From Planctomycetaceae bacterium (GTDB lineage Bacteria > Planctomycetota > Phycisphaerae > Phycisphaerales > UBA5793), in assembly GCA_040255465.1 (NCBI GenBank), contig JBDZVA010000002.1:346373-410372 (forward strand): DNA of 64,000 nucleotides, written 5' to 3'. Under the pieces are notes generated by a model that worked only from the letters and a program-made list of their open reading frames with translations, was not told the DNA's origin and searched no databases. The translations under genes and the position numbers were made by a program. Below are positions 54,033 to 63,392 of the stretch, piece after piece. Each line of letters begins with the position of its first letter. Position 1 is the first letter of the stretch.

Positions 54033-55739
54033 ATGGCAGGGATGCACAGTCGCCTCCGTTCGCGTCGATTGCTGAGCACGGCCATCATTATTCTGGCGCT
54101 TGTCAGCATGGACGCCCTGGCGGGAACGCGCAGCGGGGAGGCTCCGATCGAAACGCCCGGGCGCCTCTTCGCCGTCACGGTCCACAACGACTGGGCGAGC
54201 ATCACGCGTGTGGCGACCTTCGAACTGGGCGCCGGCCAGCACGAGATCCGATTCATCCAACTGCCCTCGACGATTGAGCCCGCGTCGATCCGCGCTGATG
54301 CGGGCGGTCGCGCCGTCGTGACGCGGGTGACATACGAAGTGAACGAGGATGTTGCCGCCTACCAGGCCGGCCTGGCGGCACTGACGACTCGGCTTGGGGA
54401 AGCGCAGAAAACACTGGCCATTCTCGATGAGAAGTTGCTCGTCATCGGCAAAGAAGAAGGTTTGCTGGACGCAATCGCCGAGCGCACCGCTCAGCGCTCC
54501 GGCGAACTGGTTGGTTCGGGCAAGATCGATCTTGAGGAGATCACGCGCGTTTCCAAGTATCTCGCGGAACAGAACGCGGCTTTGCTGGAGCGCCGTCGCG
54601 GCGTCATGGCTGACAAGCAGGCGGCGCAGGCGGCGGTTGACGCGCTGACGGCTCAGCGGATCGAGTATGAGGCGGCGGGCCCACCGCTCATTCGCTCCGC
54701 GGTGCTGGGTGTCTCGATGCCCGAATCGGCAGATGCGGCCGTCCAGGTGCAGTTGACGTACCTCGCCTCGGGTGTGCGCAGCCACGTCCAGTACAACGTG
54801 CGCACCGACTCCAACCTCACGCAATCGGTCGTCGAATTCGAACTCGTGCTCGAGCAGCAGACCGGTGAAGACTGGAACGATGTGAACTTTGCCTACTCGA
54901 CGCACCCGATCGTCGATCCCACGGCTCCGCCGTCGCTGCAGCCGGGGTTTGTCGATTCCGGCGGCACCAGCGCACCGTCGATGGCCGTCCGTCAGCCGGG
55001 CGAGCGTGGTCCGCTGCTGTCGGGTCGAGCGAGCCTGGCGCGGATCGTTGGTCAGGGCGGGACGGTGACATCGTCGGGTTCTCTGGGTTCGCCTCCGTTT
55101 GCGATGTTCCGTCTGCCTCAGCTGATCACGATTCCATCGGGTGATTCGAAGACCCAGCGGCTGCGGCTTGGGACGTTCATTACCCGCCCGGCGTTTCGGT
55201 ATGTGGCGATCCCGGTGATTTCTGACAATGCTTTTCTCCGCGGTACGGTCGAGAACACGAGCCGGGTCCATTGGCTGCCCGGACCGGTGTCCATCTTCCT
55301 CGGCAGCGAGTACGTTGGCGAGACGACGCTGCCTTACGTGGCGCCCGGGTCGAGCGTTGAACTCTTCTTTGGCACCGACCACCGGGTGAGTTCGCAGCGC
55401 ATCAGGGTGACGAATCGGACCCGTTCGACAGGGTTGCTCGGCGACGGGCGAGAGACACTGGTCGAGTACCAGATCAAAGTCGGCAATACCACCGGGCAGA
55501 CGGTGGCCGTCGAAGTCTGGGATCGAGCGCCGATGACGCGTGACGATCAGATCAGTGTGTCGACGACGTCCATCTCGCCGTCTCTGAGCCGCGATGAGTA
55601 TTTCCGGCTGCGGCAACGCGGCTCGGGGCTGCTGCGCTGGGATGTCGAATTGCCCGCATCCGGCCGGGAAGCGACGATCGAGTACACGCTGGTGGTCAGC
55701 CACAAGTCCGATGTCGAGGTTCCCGATGTCCCGGATTGA
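54033..55739 (+). CDS. DUF4140/DUF4139 (TIGR02231, mucoidy-inhibitor-A-like) secreted protein
   Basis: AGGAG lies upstream of the ATG at 54033. A signal anchor is followed by an N-terminal beta domain (VTVHNDWASITRVATFELGAGQHEIRF), a long coiled coil and a C-terminal beta domain (EYTLVVSH). This architecture is typical of the family. The listed ORF starts inside nuoF. Confidence 0.65.
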   Translation: MAGMHSRLRSRRLLSTAIIILALVSMDALAGTRSGEAPIETPGRLFAVTVHNDWASITRVATFELGAGQHEIRFIQLPSTIEPASIRADAGGRAVVTRVTYEVNEDVAAYQAGLAALTTRLGEAQKTLAILDEKLLVIGKEEGLLDAIAERTAQRSGELVGSGKIDLEEITRVSKYLAEQNAALLERRRGVMADKQAAQAAVDALTAQRIEYEAAGPPLIRSAVLGVSMPESADAAVQVQLTYLASGVRSHVQYNVRTDSNLTQSVVEFELVLEQQTGEDWNDVNFAYSTHPIVDPTAPPSLQPGFVDSGGTSAPSMAVRQPGERGPLLSGRASLARIVGQGGTVTSSGSLGSPPFAMFRLPQLITIPSGDSKTQRLRLGTFITRPAFRYVAIPVISDNAFLRGTVENTSRVHWLPGPVSIFLGSEYVGETTLPYVAPGSSVELFFGTDHRVSSQRIRVTNRTRSTGLLGDGRETLVEYQIKVGNTTGQTVAVEVWDRAPMTRDDQISVSTTSISPSLSRDEYFRLRQRGSGLLRWDVELPASGREATIEYTLVVSHKSDVEVPDVPD

Positions 55740-55852
55740 GCCGGTGGGGGCAAGACGAAGGGCTGCGGACTGGTTGACTTCCAGCGAATGGCTCCACAAC
55801 ATACGCAAGACCCGAATCTGCCCCTACCAGATCTTGCATCGGAGCCGCAGGC

Positions 55853-56356
55853 GTGATCTGCCCAGCTTGTGCCGCCAATGACGACCGCGTAATCGACAGT
55901 CGCGCCAGCGATGGCGGCAAGGCGATTCGCCGCCGGCGGGTGTGCAATCATTGCGGCAAGCGGTTCACGACGTATGAACGCGTCGAGACGGCGGGTCGGC
56001 TGATGGTTGTCAAGCGCGACGGCACGCGCCAGGCGTTTGACCCGCAGAAGATTCTGGCCGGGATCGAAGCCGCATGCGGCAAGCTGCCCATTGCCTCCGA
56101 AGCCAAGAGCCGGATCGTGGAAGAACTCGACGAGGAACTTCATCGCGAATACGAGCGCGAAGTGCCGGGATCGATCATCGGCGAGCGGGTCGCTCAGCGG
56201 CTGCGCAAGCTCAACCAGGTGGCGTACGTGCGCTTTGTGAGTGTGTACAAGGAATTTCACGGCCTCGATCAACTCATTGATGAAGCACAGGATGTTCGCG
56301 AACAGGCGAGCAGCGAAGTGCCGGGCCAGGGCAACCTCTTCCCGACCGGCGAGTGA
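55853..56356 (+). CDS. nrdR: Transcriptional repressor NrdR
   Basis: MICPACAANDDRVIDSR...RRRRVCNHCGKRFTTYERVE forms the zinc ribbon, followed by an ATP-cone (MVVKRDGTRQAFDPQKIL...YVRFVSVYKEF). Confidence 0.95.
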   Translation: MICPACAANDDRVIDSRASDGGKAIRRRRVCNHCGKRFTTYERVETAGRLMVVKRDGTRQAFDPQKILAGIEAACGKLPIASEAKSRIVEELDEELHREYEREVPGSIIGERVAQRLRKLNQVAYVRFVSVYKEFHGLDQLIDEAQDVREQASSEVPGQGNLFPTGE

Positions 56357-56372
56357 TGCGGAACGCCACGCC

Positions 56373-56825
56373 ATGACGGAACCGAAGCCATCAGCTGCCG
56401 AGTGGTACGCCGACGGGCTGCGCTTCGAGTGCACGCAGTGCGGCAACTGTTGCACGGGGCCCACGGGGTTCGTGTGGGTGAGCGATGACGAGCTGAAGGT
56501 CATCGCCGCGACGCTTGGGATGAGCGTTTCGGAGACCGAGGCGAAGTACACTCGCCGGCTGCACGGACGACGATCGTTGACCGAGACGCCAGGCGAGCAC
56601 GGCTACGACTGCGTGTTTCTCGATCGGCAGTCGGCGCCGGGCAAGGCGGCGTGCGGGATCTATCGGGCGCGGCCGTCGCAGTGCCGCACCTGGCCGTTCT
56701 GGCCGGAGAATCTGCGGCATCCGCGCGACTGGCAGCGCGCCGGGCGGACATGCCCGGGGTTGAATCAGGGGCCGCTGATTCCCATCGAGTCGATCCGGAT
56801 CCAGCGCGATGCGACGCCGGAGTAG
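56373..56825 (+). CDS. YkgJ-family (UPF0153) cysteine-cluster protein
   Basis: ECTQCGNCCTGP (CxxCxxCC) plus downstream CGIY...CRTWPFWP are typical of the family. The listed ORF starts at 56241. Confidence 0.8.
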   Translation: MTEPKPSAAEWYADGLRFECTQCGNCCTGPTGFVWVSDDELKVIAATLGMSVSETEAKYTRRLHGRRSLTETPGEHGYDCVFLDRQSAPGKAACGIYRARPSQCRTWPFWPENLRHPRDWQRAGRTCPGLNQGPLIPIESIRIQRDATPE

Positions 56826-56893
56826 CACGCTCTGTGCCGACTTCGTAGCGTTCCCATCGCACCTCACGTGCAAAGCCAGGCAGCGCTTATTAT

Positions 56894-58267
56894 TCAGTCG
56901 AATAAGTGATCGAGTATCACATCGCGGACTGCGGTGCAGGGGAGTTCATCCTCGCTGGTTCCGCTGTGCTGCGTTATTACCACGGGTTTGTGCTCCGGTG
57001 ACTGATCGATTCGGCCATGTGAGCCGCGGACAAGGCGTGTGTCGAGGGGGATGACGTCAAAAAGGGTGCGGTGGCCGAGTTTCTTTTTGAGCAGCGTCCA
57101 ACCGAGGCGGAGTTTGGGCCAGGCGATGGCGGGATCGATGAAGAGTTCGAGCGGGTCGTAGCCGGGCTTGCGGTGAATGTCGACGGTGCGGGCGAAGTCC
57201 GGTGCACAGCGATCATCGAGCCAGTAGTCGTAACTGAACCAGCGGCGCGAGGCGGCGACGAGGGTTAGTTCGCCGGCTCGCGGATGATCGATGCCGAGTT
57301 GCTGTTGGCCGGAGCGGTCGAGGACTTGATCGACGCCCGGCGTCTGCTCGCATGTCCGGCGCACCTGCTCCGCAATTGACGCATCATTGATGTACACGTG
57401 CGCGATCTGGTGATCGGCCACGGCGAAGGCGCGACTCGCGCCGGCGTCGAGCAGTTCGCGGCCGTTCTCCTCGCGGACCTTCAGCCAGCCTGCTTGGCGC
57501 AATACGCGGTTGATGTGGACGGCATCATCGACGGGCTCGATGCCGTATTCGCTCAGCAGCATAACGCGAACTTCGCGCTGTGCGAAGAAGTCGATCAGTT
57601 CGCCCACCAACGCGTCGATGTCGCGCAACTCTGCCGGGATCGAGGCGTGGTCGGGTCCCACTTTTTGCAGTGCATAGTCAAGATGCGGGAGGTAGACGAG
57701 TGTGAGTGTGGGATTGTGTTTCTCCCAGACGCGTTGCGTCGCCTTTGCGATCCACCGGCTCGATTCGATTGAGGCCCCGGGCCCCCAGAAGGAGAAGAGC
57801 GGGAACGGTCCCAGTTCGTGCTGGAGCATGTCGCGAAGATCGGCGGGCTGGCTGTAGCAGTCGGGGATCTTCTGCCCATCGGCGCGATACTGCGGGCGCG
57901 GCGTGACGGAGTAATCGGCGCTCGAGTACATGTTGAACCACCAGAACATGTTGGCGCAGGTGACGGAGGGGTCGCGCTGCCGGGCCGTTTCCCACACCTT
58001 TTCTCCCGCGACGAGTCGGTTCGACTGCTTCCAGAACTGCACTTCACATTGCGTGCGGTCGTACCAGCCGTTGCCGACGATCCCGTGCTCGCGTGGAGGC
58101 AGGCCGGTGAGCATGCTCGACTGCACGCTGCACGTCACGGCGGGGAGTACGGGGTTGAGACGCTGGATCCGTCCGGCCCTGGCAAAGGCGGCGATGCGCG
58201 GCGTGTGCGGCCCGATGAGCGACGACGAGAGGCCGACGATGTTGATGACTGCCGTGGCGTGGGCCAT
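56894..58267 (-). CDS. eboF: Alkaline-phosphatase-superfamily nucleotide pyrophosphatase/phosphodiesterase, EboF-type
   Basis: VINIVGLS..., LPAVTCSVQSSMLTGLPPREHGIVGNGW (nucleophile Thr context), YLPHLDY and LSEYG. It is the last gene of the ebo-type cluster. An alternative start is at 58297. Confidence 0.8.
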   Translation of the reverse strand: MAHATAVINIVGLSSSLIGPHTPRIAAFARAGRIQRLNPVLPAVTCSVQSSMLTGLPPREHGIVGNGWYDRTQCEVQFWKQSNRLVAGEKVWETARQRDPSVTCANMFWWFNMYSSADYSVTPRPQYRADGQKIPDCYSQPADLRDMLQHELGPFPLFSFWGPGASIESSRWIAKATQRVWEKHNPTLTLVYLPHLDYALQKVGPDHASIPAELRDIDALVGELIDFFAQREVRVMLLSEYGIEPVDDAVHINRVLRQAGWLKVREENGRELLDAGASRAFAVADHQIAHVYINDASIAEQVRRTCEQTPGVDQVLDRSGQQQLGIDHPRAGELTLVAASRRWFSYDYWLDDRCAPDFARTVDIHRKPGYDPLELFIDPAIAWPKLRLGWTLLKKKLGHRTLFDVIPLDTRLVRGSHGRIDQSPEHKPVVITQHSGTSEDELPCTAVRDVILDHLFD

Positions 58268-58268
58268 C

Positions 58269-59138
58269 TCAGGTTCCTGCGATCCACTTCTGACCAATCA
58301 GCGTGACGGCGAAACAGGCTCCGGCTGCGAGCGCCGCCTCGGGCTGGTCGAGCCGCGTGAGATGGTACAGATCCAGCAAGGCAATTCCCGCGATCCAACC
58401 TGCGACGGCGCGGCCAAGGTGGCGCTGGGGCTGCTGCACATACATCGCCACGCCGAGCGTCCAGATGAGAAACATGCCGCGCCCGATGATGGTCAGCCAC
58501 GCCGGTGCGTTACTGGGTACGAACTCGCCGAAGACGACTGCGAACATCGGCAGCAGGACGATGATCGACTCGAATCGCATGCGCTCACTGCTCGCTTCGC
58601 CCCGAGCCACAAGTGAGAAGAGCAGCACGTACGCCGTGAGCGCCGTCGCCAGGAGCGGCAGGGCACCCCATTGCGGCGACCAGCCCGCGGCCAGCGCTGC
58701 CGTGACGTAGACCAGCGCGCGGCAAAGACCCATGAGGAGGACCGAGGCGGCGGTGCGCGCGTGAATGATGTTGTAGAGGATGATGGCGATCATGAGGACG
58801 AAGCCGTAGCCCACCGTCATCCAGCCGCGCATCGCAAGCAATCCGAGTGCAGCCGCGAAGCACGCAATCACGAGGATTGCAGCAGCAGATCGCGAGATGT
58901 CTCCCGAGGGGATCGGCCGAGCCGGCCGCTCGCGACGATCGACCTCCACATCCATCACATCATTGAGGGCCATGCCGCCGACGTAGAGCAGAAGCATGGC
59001 GAACGTGGTCGGCACGATGCCGGTCCATGATCCGTCGGCATGAGCGTTCAGTCCGATCGCCCAGCCGACAAGGACGTTGCTCAGGATCGTCGGGGCGTTG
59101 GAGAGGCGCATCAGTTCCAGCCAGGGGCGGACGGTCAT
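58269..59138 (-). CDS. eboC: UbiA-family aromatic prenyltransferase, EboC-type
   Basis: A polytopic protein with LNDVMDVEVDRRERPARPIPSG (the NDxxDxxxD first Asp-rich motif). The start ATG (59138) overlaps the eboE stop as ATGA. The listed ORF starts at 59189. Confidence 0.85.
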   Translation of the reverse strand: MTVRPWLELMRLSNAPTILSNVLVGWAIGLNAHADGSWTGIVPTTFAMLLLYVGGMALNDVMDVEVDRRERPARPIPSGDISRSAAAILVIACFAAALGLLAMRGWMTVGYGFVLMIAIILYNIIHARTAASVLLMGLCRALVYVTAALAAGWSPQWGALPLLATALTAYVLLFSLVARGEASSERMRFESIIVLLPMFAVVFGEFVPSNAPAWLTIIGRGMFLIWTLGVAMYVQQPQRHLGRAVAGWIAGIALLDLYHLTRLDQPEAALAAGACFAVTLIGQKWIAGT

Positions 59139-60334
59139 GTTGGCCCCTCGCATGCGATGTCCAGGCGCGCGAGTTCGGCACGCAGCCACTCGATTTCCCC
59201 CGCGATGCCGCTGGCGATGGACGGCGGACGTTGCGGCTCAGGCAGGACCCCCCACGTGTAGGTTTCGATTTCCAAATCGCGAGCGCCGTGGGTGGGGAGG
59301 TGCTGCAGGCACTCGGTGATGGCGGACTGGGTCGTGCCGAGTGATCCGATGTGGGCGCGGCTGATGGGAACGTGGTAGTGGATACGCCAGTGTTCTTCAT
59401 GCGCAGTCGGTGTCTGGGACAGGGCTGCTGGTAGATCTTCGAGAAACAACTGCTCGCCATTTCGCATGATACCCGTCTGGTGCAGATAGCGATCTTCGGC
59501 GAAGGGGTGAAGCGCATCGAGAACCCGTCGGCGCTGACGTTCATCCGCTGGCACTCGAATATCAATGGCGCTGGAGACCTGCACCTTTCCAATTGTGACT
59601 CCCGCTGCGGCATAGCGATCGAGCGCTTCGTACTGCGACTCGAACATCACAGCGGCGTGGCAGACGTCGTGGCACACGCGAATGTGTCGGCGGATGATGC
59701 GCTCCTCAGCTTCGCTGACGTCGCGCAGCAGGTGATTCAGGTAGAAGTTGCAGAGCTGGCCGCTTGTCGAGAGAATGCAGCCGGGCTCGGGTTCGATGTC
59801 GAGGTGAATCAGACGCCCGGTCTCGGCGGCCAGATGATTCAATTCGCGCGCCGTCGTGCGGAGTTGCATGATCGCAGTCGCATGGTCCACGGCATCACAG
59901 GGCGGACCTGGCCAACCTAGCGGCAGTGTGGAGATGCCGGCGTGCTCGCCTTCATCCACAAGGGCGACGAGAATGCGGGCCAGGCTGAGTGTGAAATCCA
60001 ATCGGCGCTCGTCCGCCCATGAAGGCTTGTAGACGCGATGCTTGACGACCGGGCCGTGGAAGTCACCGTACGGAAAGCCGTTGATGGTGAAGATGCGCAG
60101 GTAGTGCGCATCGAGCCAATCCCTGAAGGAAGTGATGGCAGCGGGGGAGTCGAGTTCTGCCGCGGCATCGGCCGAGAGCCAGAGGCCGATGTTCAGGCGA
60201 TCTTGCGGAGCCACGAGGTTGCGAATGGCCGTGGCGTGCTTCTGAAGTTGCGCCTTGGTTTCAGCCAGTGTTCGCCCGGCGTGCACGTTTGTGCAGTAGC
60301 CGATCCGGCAGTGGTGGGACACTTCAGCGCTCAT
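59135..60334 (-). CDS. eboE: Xylose-isomerase-like TIM-barrel protein, EboE-type
   Basis: [10 protein letters not shown]..., [17 protein letters not shown] and HLDIEPEPG are collinear with the proteins annotated as metabolite traffic protein EboE. The gene context also supports the call. Confidence 0.8.
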   Translation of the reverse strand: MSAEVSHHCRIGYCTNVHAGRTLAETKAQLQKHATAIRNLVAPQDRLNIGLWLSADAAAELDSPAAITSFRDWLDAHYLRIFTINGFPYGDFHGPVVKHRVYKPSWADERRLDFTLSLARILVALVDEGEHAGISTLPLGWPGPPCDAVDHATAIMQLRTTARELNHLAAETGRLIHLDIEPEPGCILSTSGQLCNFYLNHLLRDVSEAEERIIRRHIRVCHDVCHAAVMFESQYEALDRYAAAGVTIGKVQVSSAIDIRVPADERQRRRVLDALHPFAEDRYLHQTGIMRNGEQLFLEDLPAALSQTPTAHEEHWRIHYHVPISRAHIGSLGTTQSAITECLQHLPTHGARDLEIETYTWGVLPEPQRPPSIASGIAGEIEWLRAELARLDIACEGPT

Positions 60335-61133
60335 TGACCCTGAACTTCGGCGATTGGCTCAGGAACGTCTGAGGATTCTCGAGTGAAACGCGTCGCACCA
60401 GATCCTCGGTGTGGCCGCGGCGACGGAGTTCCACCTGGCACTTGGGCACGGCGAGCGGGTCGCTGACGCCCCAGTCGCCCGCGGAATTGATCCAGATGCG
60501 CTCGGTGCCGTACATCTCGAAGATGTCCGCGGCTCGCTGCGGCGTGCATTTGGTGTCGGGATAGAGCGTCATCCCCGCCCAGAAGCCGGCGTCGAGCACC
60601 ATCTTGACGGTATGTTCTTCGACGTGGTCGATCAGCACGCGACCGGGATCGATGCGACCGTTGCGCCTGATCGCATCCATGATGAGTCGCGTGCCTTTGC
60701 GCTTGTCTTCGAGGTGCGGGGTGTGGACGAGGATGAGTTGGTCGCGCTGGGCCGCAAACTCGACGTGGGCTTCGAAGATCTCCAGTTCATTGCGGCTGTT
60801 TTTGTTCAGGCCGATTTCGCCGATGCCCAGCACGTTTGGGCGATCGAGAAAGTCGGGGATGAGCGACATCACTTCGCGGGCGAAGCCGGGGTCTTCGGCC
60901 TCCTTGGGATTGATGCACAGCCAGGTGAAGTGGCGGATGCCAAATTGAGCGGCGCGATTCGGTTCGGACTCGGTCAGCTGCCGGAAGTAGTCGTAGAAGC
61001 CCTTGGGGCTGGAGCGATCAAAGCCCGCCCAGAAAGCAGGTTCGGTAATGGCGAGGCAGCCGGCCTGCGCCATGCGCTGGTAGTCGTCGGTCGTGCGCGA
61101 GACCATGTGGATATGCGGGTCGATGTAGGTCAT
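60324..61133 (-). CDS. eboB: TatD-related metal-dependent hydrolase, EboB-type
   Basis: [10 protein letters not shown] (HxH), GIGEIGL, LVHTPH and IDH are amidohydrolase/TatD metal ligand positions. It overlaps the upstream small ORF by 4 nt and eboE by 11 nt. Confidence 0.85.
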   Translation of the reverse strand: MTYIDPHIHMVSRTTDDYQRMAQAGCLAITEPAFWAGFDRSSPKGFYDYFRQLTESEPNRAAQFGIRHFTWLCINPKEAEDPGFAREVMSLIPDFLDRPNVLGIGEIGLNKNSRNELEIFEAHVEFAAQRDQLILVHTPHLEDKRKGTRLIMDAIRRNGRIDPGRVLIDHVEEHTVKMVLDAGFWAGMTLYPDTKCTPQRAADIFEMYGTERIWINSAGDWGVSDPLAVPKCQVELRRRGHTEDLVRRVSLENPQTFLSQSPKFRVNER

Positions 61134-61447
61134 TTCGCAGCCGCCTTGTCACCGGGGTAGACGCCGAAGGCGCCCTTCATGCCTGCCGCCGATTCGATGG
61201 GGACTTCGCTGGGATCGCTGAAGTGATCCAGGACGCGCCTGGCCCGCTGGCCCTGCCCGTCGAGCAGCAGCGCAATCGACTGCTTGAGCGCGGCGACGCG
61301 GAAGTCTTCGTGGCCGATGTCATCGGCCGCGCGGTCGAGTCGATCGAGAAACGCGGCCAGATCGAGCACCTTGGCGCGATGCTCCATGAAGTAAAGTTCG
61401 ATCACTTTCGAACGTGATGCCGGGCAGGATGGCGTTGCCGTGGCCAT
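61130..61447 (-). CDS. Small hypothetical protein in the eboA position
   Basis: A 105-aa ORF, translationally coupled to eboB (ATGA). No motif was recognised. Equivalence to EboA is inferred from position only. Confidence 0.4.
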   Translation of the reverse strand: MATATPSCPASRSKVIELYFMEHRAKVLDLAAFLDRLDRAADDIGHEDFRVAALKQSIALLLDGQGQRARRVLDHFSDPSEVPIESAAGMKGAFGVYPGDKAAAK

Positions 61448-61491
61448 ACGCTCCTCCTCTCTGAATCGAGCACAAAGGCTGCAGATGTACT

Positions 61492-62745
61492 CTACGACTG
61501 TCGCGCGGCGGCCGCCTCGTCACGGAGTCGATTGATGGCCCGAGTGATCACCTCTTGGTCCATTGTGTGGACGTCGAAGGCGTTGCCGATTCCGCGGAGC
61601 ATAGCGAGGGTCAGTTGCCCGCCCAGGTGTTCGCGGAATTCTTCGAGGCCGCCAAGCAGTTCGCTGGTGCGGCTGAGATCATCGTGCCAGGTTGGCAGGC
61701 CCAATCCGCGGAGGCCAGTCAGTATGCGCTCTCGATCGGATTCGCTCAGCCAGCCTTGCAGCGTGGAGTACGTTGTGTCGAGCGCGATTCCGATGCTGAC
61801 GGCCTCGCCGTGACGCAGATCGAAGTCGGTCATCTGTTCGAGCTTGTGCGCGGCCCAGTGACCAAAGTCTAGTGGGCGAGCCGCGGTGAGTTCGAATGGA
61901 TCGCCGCCCTGGACGATGTGCTTCAGATGCCATTCTGCGGAGCGGCGGATGATGGCGGTCGTGGTGTCGAGATCGCGAGCGACGAGTCGTGCGCTCGCAT
62001 TGCAGATGTCGTCAAACAGTGTGGCGTCCTTGACGAGCGCCACCTTGACACACTCGCTCAAGCCGCTGCGCCAGTCGCGATCGGCAAGCGTGGTGAGCAG
62101 GCTGGAGTCGTTGATAACGGCCCAGGGAGGCGTGAAGGTGCCAAGGAAGTTCTTCTTGCCGAACGCGTTGATGCCGTTCTTGACGCCGACGCCGGAGTCG
62201 TCCTGAGCGAGGACGGTACTGGGCATTCGGACGAGTCGAACGCCGCGATGGGCGACGGCCGCGGCAAAGCCGACGACGTCGAGCACCGCGCCGCCTCCAA
62301 TGACGAGTACATACGAGCGCCGACAGAGTCCGGCTCTGTTGATCTCGCTGGTGATTTGCTCAAAAACTGCGCGGTCGTTCTTGGCGCGCTCGCCGCCGGG
62401 AATGGCGATGAGTTCGCCTGTCAGTTCGAGTCGATCGCTGGTCGACTTGGCGTAGTGGCGGATGCTGTCGCTGATGCGCGGAGCTGCGTTCAGGATGCCG
62501 TCATCGATGACGACGAGAACGCGGGCGGGCGCCCCATCGGTCTCGATGACATCGCGCAGGACGCGGTTTTGCGGCTCAAACGCATGGCTGGTGAACCGGA
62601 GACGAAAACGCCAGCCGACAGAGAACCGGGCATCAATGCCGTCTGGTCGGCGGTCGTATTCGGCATGGGCGACGTGGCCCGAAGGATCGGACAAGGGCGA
62701 GGCTTCCTCATTGGGGCGGGCGCGGGAGGTGTTTGGTACGATCAT
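61492..62745 (-). CDS. eboD: 3-Dehydroquinate-synthase-family sugar phosphate cyclase, EboD-type
   Basis: GGERAKN, VIGGGAVLDVVGFAAA, the QDDSGVGVKNGIN context and HGEAVSIG fit the DHQS/sugar-phosphate-cyclase fold. The start is chosen at MIVPNTS (62745); the ORF is open to 62835. Confidence 0.85.
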   Translation of the reverse strand: MIVPNTSRARPNEEASPLSDPSGHVAHAEYDRRPDGIDARFSVGWRFRLRFTSHAFEPQNRVLRDVIETDGAPARVLVVIDDGILNAAPRISDSIRHYAKSTSDRLELTGELIAIPGGERAKNDRAVFEQITSEINRAGLCRRSYVLVIGGGAVLDVVGFAAAVAHRGVRLVRMPSTVLAQDDSGVGVKNGINAFGKKNFLGTFTPPWAVINDSSLLTTLADRDWRSGLSECVKVALVKDATLFDDICNASARLVARDLDTTTAIIRRSAEWHLKHIVQGGDPFELTAARPLDFGHWAAHKLEQMTDFDLRHGEAVSIGIALDTTYSTLQGWLSESDRERILTGLRGLGLPTWHDDLSRTSELLGGLEEFREHLGGQLTLAMLRGIGNAFDVHTMDQEVITRAINRLRDEAAAARQS

Positions 62746-62893
62746 CGAACGATAGGCCTCGGCCTTCTGTGCCCCGCTGCCGCCCCGTCTTTTCAGGCGC
62801 CCCCCGAGGTGAATGTCGTCCTGGCGGCAGACCATTGCACGGGAGCCCGGAGCCGCTGCCCGGCCCGGTGCTGGCTGCGCCGGCGCAGGGCAA

Positions 62894-62966
<73 letters not shown>

Positions 62967-63200
62967 AATCAACCGGGCCGTGCCGGTTGACCGAGCCCAA
63001 GCGTACCGATCCGCCGCGTCGGGTCAAGTGGGGTGGGCTACCATCCGCTTGACTGATTCTGGTGTCTGAACTACCTTTGGGGACGTGTTTTTGCCGCTCG
63101 GACACAGCGGCGGGCCGGTCGGCCACGTGCGTCTGCGGGCCTGGATCGGCCTGTACCCCAGCCATACCCACTTTCTCTGATCTTTGCGAGGCCTTCGGTC

Positions 63201-63389
63201 ATGCATCCCACTCATCGAACTTCACCCGGTCGCAAGCGCCGGCGTCGATCGCACCACGCTCTGCGTGGCGCTCACACCACCCTCTGCCCGAACTGCGGCG
63301 AGAACAAACTGCCCCATAGCGCCTGCGCGAACTGTGGCTATGTTCGGCCCGGACTTCAGATGAAGACCGAGACTTCCGAGGAAGACTAA
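63201..63389 (+). CDS. rpmF: 50S ribosomal protein L32
   Basis: A basic N-terminus (HRTSPGRKRRRRSHHAL) and the zinc ribbon CPNCGE...CANCG. It sits immediately upstream of plsX, as in many bacteria. Confidence 0.85.
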   Translation: MHPTHRTSPGRKRRRRSHHALRGAHTTLCPNCGENKLPHSACANCGYVRPGLQMKTETSEED

Positions 63390-63392
63390 CCC

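Noticed and set aside
56880-56910. An AT-rich hairpin (CTTATT...AATAAG) between convergent ykgJ and eboF, considered as a bidirectional terminator.
   Set aside because: The stem is only about 6 bp, all A/T apart from one base pair. It overlaps the eboF stop codon and lacks a following T-tract, so it is too weak to call.
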